In this document: one piece after another, positions 19,942-29,646 of the stretch
Layout of the letters: each line of letters opens with the position of its first letter
How positions within the stretch are numbered: the first letter of the stretch is position 1
Source of the DNA: Candidatus Latescibacterota bacterium
GTDB lineage: Bacteria; Latescibacterota; UBA2968; UBA8231
DNA length: 64,000 nucleotides
Direction: 5' to 3'
Assembly: GCA_965261395.1 (NCBI GenBank)
Contig: OZ253462.1
Coordinates: 960,001 to 1,024,000 of the forward strand
Made by a program: the position numbers and the translations under genes
Notes under the pieces: model-generated
What the model was told of the DNA's origin: nothing
Databases searched by the model: none
The model's input: the letters and a program-made list of their open reading frames with translations, nothing else

Positions 19942-20109
19942 GCTGTGGTTTCCGTTTTCCCTTTAGTTGTTCTCAAGAGGAGAGTCATCGACTCCAATAT
20001 AATAAATCTATTCCATTCGTGACGCCGAGCCTATCAAGTGTGTCGAGCGATTCACAGTACGCTCTGACGGGCTTGTACATGGATTTGAGGTTGAGCGGTT
20101 GCCGGCTCT

Positions 20110-21282
20110 CTATAACAGTCTATCGGCATCGACGTCCACCGAGTAGTCGATGCCCGCAAAGCCAAAGCCGAAAAGCCCCAGAAATTCCGCGCGATAGCTC
20201 TCGATATCCGACAGGGCTTCGAGGTTGTCGGTGTTGACTTGCTCCCACAGCGCAGCGACTTCCCGCTGCACGTCTTCGCGCATTTCCCGGTCGTCGATGC
20301 GAATGCGCCCCTCGGCGTCGGTGGGGGCCTCTGCATAGAGACAGCCGGCGAAGAGGCGGTGCATCTGCTCGATGCAGCTTTCGTGGCAGCCTTTTTCCTT
20401 CATCACTTTGTAGAGCAGCGAGATGTAGAGCGGCACGACGGGGATGGCGGCACTCGATTGGGTCACCATGGCCTTGTTGACGGAGATGTGGGCACGGCCG
20501 CTTCTCGCTTGCAGAAATTCGTCGAGCGCCTTGGCCGTCTTTTCCAGATGATTCTTGGCCTGGCCGATGGTCCCGTCGCGATAGACCGGGTGGGTAATTT
20601 CAGGGCCGATGTAGGTATAGGCGACGGTGCGAACGCCGTCGGCGAGCACACCCGCTTTGTCGAGTGCTTCGATCCACATCTGCCAGTCTTCCCCGCCCAT
20701 GACCGCGATGGTGTGGGCGATCTCTTCTTCGCTCGCCGGGTCGATGGCGATGTCGGAAACCTCGCCGGTCTGGACGTGGACGGTCTTGTTGGTATAGGTG
20801 CTGCCGATGGGCTTGAGGACGGAGCTAAAATTTTCGTCGGTGCGCGGATGAGTTCGCCGCGGCGAAGCTAAGCTGTAAACGACCAAATCGACTTCTTGCA
20901 GGTCCTCGCGGATGGCGGCGATTGTCTCGGCCTTGATCTCGTCGGAGAAGGCATCGCCGTTGATGCTACGGGCGTAGTAGCCGTCGTTGCGTGCAGCCTC
21001 GTGAAAAGCCGCGCTATTGTACCATCCGGCCGTTGCCGTGCGCTTGCCGGCTGCTGGCCGCTCGAAGAAGACTCCGAGCGTGGCCGCACCCGCGCCAAAG
21101 CAGGTGGCGATGCGCGACGCCAGCCCATAGCCGGTCGAAGCGCCGACGACGAGGACTTTCTTGGGGCCGTCAAAGGGGGGTTGGCGTTTGACCCAATCGA
21201 TCTGGTCTTGGACCGCACGGGCGCAGCCGTTGGGATGGGCCGTAGTGCATATAAAGCCGCGAACTTTGGGTTGGATGATCAT
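20110..21282 (-). CDS. fabV: Enoyl-ACP reductase FabV / trans-2-enoyl-CoA reductase
   Basis: MIIQPKVRGFICTTAHPNGC, GASTGYGLASRI, TAGWYN, YSLASPRR, VMGGEDW, YRDGTIGQAK. Confidence 0.95.
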   Translation of the reverse strand: MIIQPKVRGFICTTAHPNGCARAVQDQIDWVKRQPPFDGPKKVLVVGASTGYGLASRIATCFGAGAATLGVFFERPAAGKRTATAGWYNSAAFHEAARNDGYYARSINGDAFSDEIKAETIAAIREDLQEVDLVVYSLASPRRTHPRTDENFSSVLKPIGSTYTNKTVHVQTGEVSDIAIDPASEEEIAHTIAVMGGEDWQMWIEALDKAGVLADGVRTVAYTYIGPEITHPVYRDGTIGQAKNHLEKTAKALDEFLQARSGRAHISVNKAMVTQSSAAIPVVPLYISLLYKVMKEKGCHESCIEQMHRLFAGCLYAEAPTDAEGRIRIDDREMREDVQREVAALWEQVNTDNLEALSDIESYRAEFLGLFGFGFAGIDYSVDVDADRLL

Positions 21283-21435
21283 GGGATTCCCTTGGGTTAA
21301 GCAAATTATTGAATAATGACTCGGGCTGCTGTCGGCGCAAATAATCCGCTTGGCTGCCCTGTTTTGGCAAAATAGTTATACTTGCCGTTTAAGCAACTGC
21401 CGCTGCCAAACTCAGCCATTGCAAAGAAGGCGAAC

Positions 21436-22221
21436 ATGAATATAGGCCGACTCGGTCTTTTGCTCGTGCCGCAGATGCTTTGCGCGGCCCCAAGTGCGGC
21501 GCAAGACACAGCACCTGCGGCGCAGGCCCTATTGGAACAGTTCGATGATATGTACCGCTCTACGGGCACGGCGGCGCGGATCGAGATTAAGATCGAACGC
21601 CCGAAAAAGGTGCGGACGATGCAGATGCGCTCTTGGAGCCAAGGCGAAGACAAGGCGCTGGTGGTCATTGACGCGCCCGCCCGCGACGCGGGCACAGCCA
21701 CGCTCCGGGTCGGCAGTAATCTGTGGAACTATCTGCCCAAAATCTCGCGCACGATCCGCGTACCTCCCGCGCTGATGATGGGCGCGTGGATGGGCAGCGA
21801 CCTGACCAACGACGACTTAGTGCGCGAGTCGTCATACGCCCACGACTACGAGATCACAGGGGTCGGCCCGAGCGAAGAGCCACCCGGCTGGCAGGTAAGT
21901 ACCGAGGCCAAGCCCGAGGTGCCGGGTTTGTGGGAGCGGGTGGAGATCGTCTTTGCGTCGCCAATGCTGGCGACGGACAGCACGCATGCAGAGCAGCTAC
22001 CCATACTCGTGCGCTACTACGACCGCAAGGGGCGGCTCTCGCGCACGATGCAGCTCGAAGAGATCAAAAAGATGGGGGACCGGCTGATACCCTCCCGGAT
22101 TGTGATCTCGCCCGAGCGCGAGGAGGGCCGGCGCACGGTATTGACCTATTTACACGTGGAATTCGACGTCGAGCTGGACGAGAGCCTCTTTAGCTTGGCG
22201 CAGTTGGAGCGCAGGCGCTAG
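21436..22221 (+). CDS. Outer-membrane lipoprotein-sorting (LolA-like) periplasmic protein
   Basis: Signal peptide; PARDAGTATL, LWNYLPKISRTIRV, WMGSDLTNDDL, FSLAQL. Start re-called at ATG 21436. Confidence 0.75.
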   Translation: MNIGRLGLLLVPQMLCAAPSAAQDTAPAAQALLEQFDDMYRSTGTAARIEIKIERPKKVRTMQMRSWSQGEDKALVVIDAPARDAGTATLRVGSNLWNYLPKISRTIRVPPALMMGAWMGSDLTNDDLVRESSYAHDYEITGVGPSEEPPGWQVSTEAKPEVPGLWERVEIVFASPMLATDSTHAEQLPILVRYYDRKGRLSRTMQLEEIKKMGDRLIPSRIVISPEREEGRRTVLTYLHVEFDVELDESLFSLAQLERRR

Positions 22222-23460
22222 ATGGCCGAAAACAGCACGTTGCGCCTAGCTTGGCGCGGCTTGGGTCGCAACCGCAAGCGCTCGGCCTTGGCGATAGCGG
22301 CGATAGGGCTGGGGCAGTTTGCCTTCTTGGCCACGGCTGGGATCATGCGAGGCTATGCCGACCATTACTTCGATTCGGTGACCGGCCCTTTGGTGGGGCA
22401 CGTGCAGATCGTGGCACCGGGCTGGCGCGAGGAGCGAGCCGTCGATCAGACGCTGGACAACGTCGAGGCCATGCTAGCGGCGATTCGGGGGCAGTCGCAA
22501 GTGGAGCGGGCCGTGCCGAGGATTTACGCGCCAGTGTTGGCCGCGCTGGAAGAGGAAGGTTTTGTGGGGATGGTCGTCGGCACCGATCCGGCACTAGAGG
22601 GGGTCGCGGACGGCCTGTTGGGCAGCGAAGAGCTGGCCGGCCTATTGGGAGACGGCCGAGTGCTGGTGGGGAGGGGCTTGGCGCGGCAGCACGGGATTGA
22701 GGCCGGTGCCGAGTTGGCCGTGGTGGGCCAAGACATTGACGGCTCCATTGCCAGCGCGCTATACGAGGTCGCGGCGGTCGTCGAATCGCCGGTCGAGCTC
22801 GTCAACAGCACCGGAATCGTCGCCGGGCTACAAGACGCGCGGGAGCTTTTGAGGATGGATGACCAAGCGCACGAGATTGTCGTCCGCTTGCACGAGGCCG
22901 AGCAGCTAGATCAGGCCGCCGCCGCGCTCGGCGCGCAGCCCGCCCTGCAAGGGGCGGAAATCAAGCGCTGGCACGAGGTCGTACCGCAGCTAGCCGGGAT
23001 CATCCGAATGATGGACATGTATTCGCTCGTAGTTTTGGGGATCGTCTGCTTGGCGTCCATAGCCGGCATTGCCAATACCATGATGATGTCCACCTTTGAG
23101 CGCCGCCGCGAGTTGGGGATGTTGTTGGCGCTGGGCGCGAATCCGGGCCGACTCTTTCGGATGGTGGCGACCGAGGCCGTGCTGTTGGGTGCGTTGGGGG
23201 TGTTGCTGGGAACTGCGCTGGGCGCGTGTTTTGCGGCATTGACGGCTGGATCGGGCTTTGACCTCGCCGAGTTGGGCGGTGAGGAGTCGTTTGAAATGGG
23301 CTTCCAAGGCGTGCAGATCGCCTCGCGGGTCTATCCCGAAATGCGCGGAGCCGACGTATTGGTCGGCGTGTCGGCCGTGCTGGTGACGGCCCTTTCCGCC
23401 TGCGTCTGGCCGCTGCTGCACGTCGCGCGGCTGGAGCCGGTGGAGGCCATGCGGACATGA
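22222..23460 (+). CDS. ABC transporter permease, LolC/E-MacB-FtsX family
   Basis: LAWRGLGRNRKRS, GHVQI, ERRRELGMLLALG, C-terminal LEPVEAMR. Confidence 0.9.
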   Translation: MAENSTLRLAWRGLGRNRKRSALAIAAIGLGQFAFLATAGIMRGYADHYFDSVTGPLVGHVQIVAPGWREERAVDQTLDNVEAMLAAIRGQSQVERAVPRIYAPVLAALEEEGFVGMVVGTDPALEGVADGLLGSEELAGLLGDGRVLVGRGLARQHGIEAGAELAVVGQDIDGSIASALYEVAAVVESPVELVNSTGIVAGLQDARELLRMDDQAHEIVVRLHEAEQLDQAAAALGAQPALQGAEIKRWHEVVPQLAGIIRMMDMYSLVVLGIVCLASIAGIANTMMMSTFERRRELGMLLALGANPGRLFRMVATEAVLLGALGVLLGTALGACFAALTAGSGFDLAELGGEESFEMGFQGVQIASRVYPEMRGADVLVGVSAVLVTALSACVWPLLHVARLEPVEAMRT

Positions 23461-24695
23461 GCGGCAATTTGTCGCTTCAATACGCCTTGCGCTCGCTGGG
23501 GCGCAGTCGCCGCCGGACGAGCCTGTCCGTCTTGGGCGTGGGGCTAGGGTGCGCCATTGCGCTCTTTGCCACGGCCTTTATGCGCGGCGGCGAGAACATG
23601 CGGGTGCATGCCATTGCCGAGAGCGGATACGGCCACCTGCGGATCGCGCCCAAAGGCTGGGAGCAGAGTCGGCGCGACGATCTGCGCTTGCAGGACTCGG
23701 CGGCCGCGCTCGCAGCCGCGCGCGGCCTCGAAGGCGTAGCCGTAGTGGCCGCCCACGTGCGGGTGCAGGGCCTGTTGGCCTTTGGCACGCGGGTGGCCGG
23801 CGTCCAGCTTTTGGGCGTGGATCCAGCCGCTGAGCCGCGGCTCAACAGACTGGTGCGCACCATCGACGAGGGGCGTTACTTGCAAGCCGGCGACGAAGGC
23901 GCAGTGGTCGTCGGCAAGGCCCTCGTCGAGCGCTTGGACGTAGAGTTGGGGGACGATTTGTTGTTGACGCTGACAAGCGCCGACGGGGAGATGGAGTACG
24001 CGATGTTGCGGATCGTCGGGATCGTATCTACTGGCAGCCGCACGATTGACGAGACCATCTGCCACGCGATGCTCGCCGATGTCGAGAAAATGACGGGCTT
24101 GCAGGGCGTGGCCGAGGTGTCGGTAGCCTTTGCAGACCCGCAACAGGTGGCGGCGCTCTCAGCCGAGCTGGCGCAGCGAGTACAGGGCGACGAAGTGCTC
24201 TCTTGGCGCGAGATCCTGCCGGCGATGAGCGGCGACGCGGCGGCCGACCAAGCCTTTTCCAGCTTTTTTATTGTGGTCGTAGCCGCGGTGGTAATTTTGG
24301 GCGTGACGAGCGCCCAACTGACGGCCATGCTGGAAAGGAGGCGCGAATTTGCCGTGCTAATGGCGCTGGGACTCAGGGAATTCAAGCTGGTGGGATTGGT
24401 GCTTTTCGAGGCCGTGTTCATGGGCGCGTTCGGTGCGCTCTTGGGCCTGTTGCTGGCGTTGCCGCTCGTTTGGCACACGGCGACGGCGGGGGTTGATTTT
24501 TCCGCGATGATGGGAGACGATATGACGGTCATGGGGGTCTTCTTCGACCCGATAATCTACGCGGACATGGGGCTGTGGATGCTGCCCTACGCCTTTGGCT
24601 TGGGGCTTTGTGCGACGCTTTTGGCCGCGCTTTATCCGGCTTGGTCTGCCACGCGCTTGGATCCGGCGGCAGCCTTGAGCCAGCGGGATGCGTGA
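23457..24695 (+). CDS. ABC transporter permease, LolC/E-MacB-FtsX family
   Basis: ALRSLGRSRRRT, GHLRI, ERRREFAVLMALG, YPAWSATRLDPAAAL. Confidence 0.9.
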   Translation: MSGNLSLQYALRSLGRSRRRTSLSVLGVGLGCAIALFATAFMRGGENMRVHAIAESGYGHLRIAPKGWEQSRRDDLRLQDSAAALAAARGLEGVAVVAAHVRVQGLLAFGTRVAGVQLLGVDPAAEPRLNRLVRTIDEGRYLQAGDEGAVVVGKALVERLDVELGDDLLLTLTSADGEMEYAMLRIVGIVSTGSRTIDETICHAMLADVEKMTGLQGVAEVSVAFADPQQVAALSAELAQRVQGDEVLSWREILPAMSGDAAADQAFSSFFIVVVAAVVILGVTSAQLTAMLERRREFAVLMALGLREFKLVGLVLFEAVFMGAFGALLGLLLALPLVWHTATAGVDFSAMMGDDMTVMGVFFDPIIYADMGLWMLPYAFGLGLCATLLAALYPAWSATRLDPAAALSQRDA

Positions 24696-25398
24696 TATGG
24701 ACGAGGTGCTAGTAGCCGCTCAAGGCGTGAAAAAGGTATTCCGGGCGGGCGATATTGCCGTGGAAGCCCTGCGCGGAATCGACCTCGAAATCGGCAGCGG
24801 GGAGTTTATGGCCATCGTCGGGCCGAGCGGCAGCGGCAAGACGACGCTGCTCAATCTAATCGGCGCGCTCGACGTGCCCACCAGCGGGCGCATTACGGTC
24901 TTTGGCCGCGACTTGGGGCCGCTGAGTCGCAGCGAGCGGGCCGAATTGCGGCTTCGATCTTTAGGCTTTGTGTTCCAAGCCTACAACTTGGTGCCGGTGT
25001 TGACGGTGCGCGAAAACGTGGAGTTTGTGCTAGAGTTGCAGGGCATGGACCCCAAAAAGCGTCGGGCGCGAGCAGAGGAGACGCTGGCTGAACTGGGGCT
25101 AAGCGAGCTCGCCCACCGGCGGCCCAGCCAGATGTCGGGCGGCCAGCAGCAGCGGGTGGCCGTGTCGCGGGCCGTAGCTTCGCGGCCGGGCTTGGTGCTC
25201 GCCGACGAGCCGACGGCCAACCTCGACAGCGACAACGCGCAGGCTCTCTTGCAGATGATGCGGCGGCTCCGCGACGAGATGGGCATGACCTTTGTCTTTT
25301 CGACGCACGACCCCTTGGTGGTTTCTTATGCCTCGCGGGTGGTTACTTTGCGCGATGGCGAGGTGCTGAGCGACGAACGCAAGGGGGCATGCGACTGA
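24688..25398 (+). CDS. ABC transporter ATP-binding protein, LolD-like
   Basis: Walker A GPSGSGKT, MSGGQQQR, LADEPTANLD, STHD. Confidence 0.95.
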   Translation: MRDMDEVLVAAQGVKKVFRAGDIAVEALRGIDLEIGSGEFMAIVGPSGSGKTTLLNLIGALDVPTSGRITVFGRDLGPLSRSERAELRLRSLGFVFQAYNLVPVLTVRENVEFVLELQGMDPKKRRARAEETLAELGLSELAHRRPSQMSGGQQQRVAVSRAVASRPGLVLADEPTANLDSDNAQALLQMMRRLRDEMGMTFVFSTHDPLVVSYASRVVTLRDGEVLSDERKGACD

Positions 25399-26606
25399 CG
25401 CTGGCAGTTCTCTTGGCAGCGCAGCCCGCGTTTGGCATCAGCTTGTGGTCGAGTGCTGACGGGAGTCGCTACTGGGCGCTGGATGCCGCGCTGAAGTGGA
25501 CCGCGCTCTCGTCGTACGCACCCGACGCGCCGCTACTGTATCCCAAGAGTTGGAGCGCAGCCGCACTGGGAAGGGGGCGGCTCGCGCTGAGAGGCCAAGC
25601 CGCGACGGATCTGCACGTGCGCTTGGCCTACGAGCAACGGGCGCGGGCGGTGTCCACAGGTGCTGGCGCTGGCGGGGGCGCAGGTATCTTGGTGCCGGAG
25701 AGCCACGCGCCGTATCGGCTCAAACAGTTCGATGACGCGCTGGCGATGGGCGAGAACATCGCCTATCGGCACGAGCTAGACCGCGCGTTCGTCGCTTGGC
25801 ACCTAGGACGTGGCGAGCTACAAATCGGCCGCCAAGCCATTGGGTGGGGGCGTGGCGTGCTCTTTGGCGCAGTGGATATTTTCGCGCCGTTTAATCCCTT
25901 AGAAAGCGATCGCGAATGGCGGCGTGGCGTGGATGCGCTGCGCGTTTCCGTGCCGCTGGCGGATCGCTTTTCGTTGGACGCGGTAGCGGCTGGCGGTTCA
26001 TCGGTTGACGAATCGGCCTTTGTGGGGCGGCTCTACGGCTATATCGGCGCGCTCGACGGAGAGTTGCTGTTGGGGCGTCGCCGCGGCGATGGCTTTGTGG
26101 GCATAGCTATGTCCATGCGGGTCAAAGGCGCTGAGATCCACGGCGAGTTAGCATCGTTCAAGACGCCCGCCACAGCAGGGGGCGAGGTGGTGCTCAAGGC
26201 CCTTGTGGGCGGTTCGTACGCGTGGGACACACAGGGCGGCTTGTTGCTCGTGAGCGAATATCACTTCTCGGGCTTTGGCGTCAGCGACCTTGCCGAGCTA
26301 TATAAGGTCCCGTATCAGGAGCGCCTGATCCAAGGAGACGCGCAGATCTTGGGGCGGCACGCCGGTGCCTTGCAGCTATCGCAGGGGATCACGGGCACTC
26401 TGCCGAGGACGTTGGGTTGGCTCTTTTCCCCGATAGATGGCTCCGGGGTGCTAACGGGCGTGGTGACGTGGATTTTCTCCGACGCGCTGACGCTAGCGGC
26501 CAGTGCGTACTGGCCCTATGGGGAGAGGCCGAGCGGATATGCCTTGAGAAGCGAGTATGGGGGAGGGGCAAAGAGTGGGTTGGTGCAGATTAGTTTTTAC
26601 TATTGA
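25389..26606 (+). CDS. Putative outer-membrane beta-barrel associated with the Lol-like ABC operon
   Basis: Signal peptide; LDRAFV, IGRQAIGWGRG, DIFAPF, GVDALR; terminal ISFYY. Confidence 0.65.
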   Translation: MRLTLAVLLAAQPAFGISLWSSADGSRYWALDAALKWTALSSYAPDAPLLYPKSWSAAALGRGRLALRGQAATDLHVRLAYEQRARAVSTGAGAGGGAGILVPESHAPYRLKQFDDALAMGENIAYRHELDRAFVAWHLGRGELQIGRQAIGWGRGVLFGAVDIFAPFNPLESDREWRRGVDALRVSVPLADRFSLDAVAAGGSSVDESAFVGRLYGYIGALDGELLLGRRRGDGFVGIAMSMRVKGAEIHGELASFKTPATAGGEVVLKALVGGSYAWDTQGGLLLVSEYHFSGFGVSDLAELYKVPYQERLIQGDAQILGRHAGALQLSQGITGTLPRTLGWLFSPIDGSGVLTGVVTWIFSDALTLAASAYWPYGERPSGYALRSEYGGGAKSGLVQISFYY

Positions 26607-26655
26607 TGGGGCCGTTGTAAGAACAGGCCGGTAACTCCTCCCGGTGCGCTAAGCG

Positions 26656-28002
26656 TCAGGTGCGGCTTTGCAAAAGCGCGGCGATTTCGACGTGGCCCTG
26701 TTGCTCGGCCCAAGCCAGCGGGGCCGTCCATGGCGCACCCGCCAGCGGCTCGACCGAAGCCCCGTGCTCCAAGAGCAAAGCGGCCAGCTTGGCCAAGCCG
26801 TAGCGGCAGGCGTGGCCCAGAGGCGTGGACTGGAGTTCGTCGTCGCGGGTTTCCAAGTCGGCACCATAGTCTATGAGCAACTCGGCGAACGGGAGCTTTT
26901 CTGCGTCGGCCCAGTGCGAAGTCTCGCCGGCCAAGCGGTGTAGGAGGGTCATGTTCTTGGCGTCTGTGGCCTTGGGGTCGGCCCCTTGGGCGAGCATCAG
27001 GCGCAGGATTTCGACTTTGTCGGCGTGTTCGTCGCCTTGGTCATTAGCGTAGCGGTGCATGGCCTGTCCGCGCCGGCCGCGCAATGGCTGATAAAGCGTC
27101 CTGAACGAATCCATGCCCGACATATCGTAGCGGTAACACAGCCGCACCAGGGCGACGTTGCCGCTGAGGGCCGCCCCCCAGAGGATTTCGCTGGCCAGCT
27201 CGGGCTTGAGGTGCATGACTTCGGCGGGTACGGCCATGCGCCCGCAGAGCGCGGCGGCGATGGCAAAGCTGTGGCCACCATAGCTGTAGATCAGGTCGAG
27301 AATCGCGTCGTTGTCGTTTTCCATGGCACGCTCGGCGGCCGGACCGCTGGCAAAGACGTAGGCGTTGGGATCGGCCCCGGCGGCCAAGAGCCGCTGGCAG
27401 ACCTCGTAGTGATTGCCTTTGGCGGCTCGCCACAGCGGGATGCCGGCGTTGTTATAGATGCCTTCGTCGCCGTGGTCGAGGTCTTCGGGGGCATCTGGGT
27501 CGGCCCCGTGGTCGAGGAGTAGGGCTACCATCTCGGCAAAGCCTTTTTCCGCGGCGACGGTAAGCGGATGAGACGGGTGGTCGGCGAGGGTTGGATCGGT
27601 GGCCAACAGGGCGCGGGCTTGGTCGAGGTCGTTGGCCGCGGCAGCCGCAAAGAGCGCTGGTCCCGGCCCGGTGGCCGGCTCGGCGGCTGGTTGCCGAGCG
27701 AGGAAGTCCTCGATCAGGGCCACGACCTTGGGGTAGCCGCGGGCGCGGACGTAGGCGAGGGCACTGGTGGCGCGGCGGTTGGGGTACACGCCGCGCCGGG
27801 GGTCGGCCCCGGCAGCTAAGAGTGCGGCCACGATCTCGGCGTACCCCTCGCGGGCAGCGAACTGGATCGCCAACTGGCCGTTTTGGGTGATGGGCTGGCG
27901 GGCGAGCAGGGCGTTTTGGGCGAGTATCTCCTCGACTTGGGCCAGATCGCCGGCTTGGGCGGCGTCACACAACTGTTGCACGGTCGGCGTTTGCCCGGCC
28001 AT
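26656..28002 (-). CDS. Ankyrin-repeat protein
   Basis: Repeated AAxxG...LLxxGADP units; TPLGHAC, APLAWA. Confidence 0.9.
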   Translation of the reverse strand: MAGQTPTVQQLCDAAQAGDLAQVEEILAQNALLARQPITQNGQLAIQFAAREGYAEIVAALLAAGADPRRGVYPNRRATSALAYVRARGYPKVVALIEDFLARQPAAEPATGPGPALFAAAAANDLDQARALLATDPTLADHPSHPLTVAAEKGFAEMVALLLDHGADPDAPEDLDHGDEGIYNNAGIPLWRAAKGNHYEVCQRLLAAGADPNAYVFASGPAAERAMENDNDAILDLIYSYGGHSFAIAAALCGRMAVPAEVMHLKPELASEILWGAALSGNVALVRLCYRYDMSGMDSFRTLYQPLRGRRGQAMHRYANDQGDEHADKVEILRLMLAQGADPKATDAKNMTLLHRLAGETSHWADAEKLPFAELLIDYGADLETRDDELQSTPLGHACRYGLAKLAALLLEHGASVEPLAGAPWTAPLAWAEQQGHVEIAALLQSRT

Positions 28003-28093
28003 GGTGCGTTCCTTTCTTTTAAAGGTTTCTGGCGATACTAGCCGGTCGATATAACCGCCGCAAGCGTTTTTTCTACCCTAAGCAGAGGTGTTG

Positions 28094-28819
28094 ATGTCGA
28101 TAATCACCGTCATTGGCCGCGGTCACTCGGGCACGCGCGCCATAGCCCACACCCTCTATGCCAGCGGCGTTTTTATGGGCCATACGCTCAATCGCTCGGG
28201 CGACAAGGTGCCGCCCCACGCGCTCTACGCCGCCTGTCGGGTCATGGCCAAATACGTCAAGTGGAAGGGTGGCCTAGAGTGGGATTTCGACGACTTGCAC
28301 AGCGCAAAAATCGACCCAGAATTTGAGGACTTGATCGGCGAATACCTGCAAGACATTGCATCCGACCGCTCGGAGCACAAGGGTTGGAAGCTGCCTGAGA
28401 CGACGTTGATTTACCCGTGGATTGTGCGGATGTTTCCCGACATCCACTACATCCACTGGATCCGCGATCCGCGCGACAGCATTATCGGCGGCCACAAGAC
28501 CGATGACCTAGCGGACTTCGGCGTCGAGTACGAGCGCACGGACGACATCCGGCGGCGGCGGGCCATTTCGTGGAAATACCAATACGAACTGATGAAGGCC
28601 ACGCCCAAACCAAAGAAGTGGATGTTGGTGCGATTCGAGGATTTTGTGCTGAAGCAGGAGGAAGTGTTGCGGGAGTTGGAAGCGTTTTTGGGATTTGAGT
28701 TGGGCCGGATCGTGGTGCGGCCGGAGTCGCTTGGGCGGTGGAAAACGGACCGGGAGCAGCACATGTTTGACTTTTTTAGAGATGCCATGGACGAAAACGG
28801 ATACGGAGAGATATCATGA
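28094..28819 (+). CDS. Sulfotransferase family protein
   Basis: 5'-PSB loop GRGHSGT, GWKLP, 3'-PB IRDPRD, VRFEDF, SLGRWK. Confidence 0.8.
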   Translation: MSIITVIGRGHSGTRAIAHTLYASGVFMGHTLNRSGDKVPPHALYAACRVMAKYVKWKGGLEWDFDDLHSAKIDPEFEDLIGEYLQDIASDRSEHKGWKLPETTLIYPWIVRMFPDIHYIHWIRDPRDSIIGGHKTDDLADFGVEYERTDDIRRRRAISWKYQYELMKATPKPKKWMLVRFEDFVLKQEEVLRELEAFLGFELGRIVVRPESLGRWKTDREQHMFDFFRDAMDENGYGEIS

Positions 28820-29643
28820 AAATCAGCTTTACGACGTTGGGCTGTCCAGATTGGGACTTGGATACCATTTGCCGCAGGGGCCGCGAATACGGCTACGAAG
28901 GCGTCGATTTCCGCGGGTTGCAGGAGACGATGGATATTACCCAATTGCCGGCCTTCACCAGCGGAGTCGTCCAGACTCGACGCCAGCTAGCAGACGCTGG
29001 CATGGAGGTGTCGGGGATCAGCTCCAGCATCCGGGTCTGCGTGCCGGAGAAGTTAGAGGAGAACGTAGAGGAGGCGCGGCGCTCGGTCCCGGTGGCCAAT
29101 GCATTGGGCTGCGGAGCGATCCGAGTTTTTGGCGGCGGCGACTCCAGGACCTGTTCCAAGGAGGAGCTAGCCGACATCGGGCGGGAGACGATGGAACAGA
29201 TCCTCGAATTGGACGGAGCCTGCCAGCTCAAGTGGCTTTTTGAGACCCACGACGAGTGGATCAAGGCGGTAGAGTGCAAGCTGCTGCTCGACCGCATTCC
29301 GAATGAAGCGTTCGGCGTCCTCTGGGACATGGGCCACACGGCGCGGGTGGGGGAGGAGTCGCCGGAGCAGACCTATCAGGCGGTGGGGCCGCGCATAGGC
29401 TATACCCACGTCAAAGACGCCGTCTATGCGCCCGGTCACGTCGAGGCGATGAAGGACGGTTGGCGCTACGTGCCGCCGGGTGCGGGCCAGTTGCCCTTAG
29501 AAGAGGCGATAGCCCTGCTCAAGGGGCATGGGTACGACGGCTGGATCATGTTTGAGCACGAGAAGCGCTGGCACCGCGAACTGGAGTCGCCGGAGGAGAT
29601 ATTCCCGATTTTTTCGGCTTGGGTCAGACCGTTGCTCGGTTAG
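28816..29643 (+). CDS. Sugar-phosphate isomerase/epimerase (AP endonuclease 2 TIM barrel)
   Basis: FETHD, WDMGH, THVKD, GYDGWIMFEHEKRW. Confidence 0.85.
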   Translation: MKISFTTLGCPDWDLDTICRRGREYGYEGVDFRGLQETMDITQLPAFTSGVVQTRRQLADAGMEVSGISSSIRVCVPEKLEENVEEARRSVPVANALGCGAIRVFGGGDSRTCSKEELADIGRETMEQILELDGACQLKWLFETHDEWIKAVECKLLLDRIPNEAFGVLWDMGHTARVGEESPEQTYQAVGPRIGYTHVKDAVYAPGHVEAMKDGWRYVPPGAGQLPLEEAIALLKGHGYDGWIMFEHEKRWHRELESPEEIFPIFSAWVRPLLG

Positions 29644-29646
29644 CCG

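Larger units (their letters stand above)
15633..20020. mobile_element. AT-rich horizontally acquired defence-like islet, no integrase seen
   Basis: Abrupt compositional shift (e.g. 21/60 GC at 16381-16440 versus GC-rich flanks); four co-oriented restriction-type genes; boundaries approximate. Confidence 0.65.

Noticed and set aside
15600-20040. Flanking att or direct repeats for the AT-rich islet
   Set aside because: No convincing repeat pair found at the boundaries.
21392-21410. Possible sigma54 promoter TGGCAG...TTGC for fabV on the minus strand
   Set aside because: GG-to-GC spacing is 11 nt instead of the required 10.
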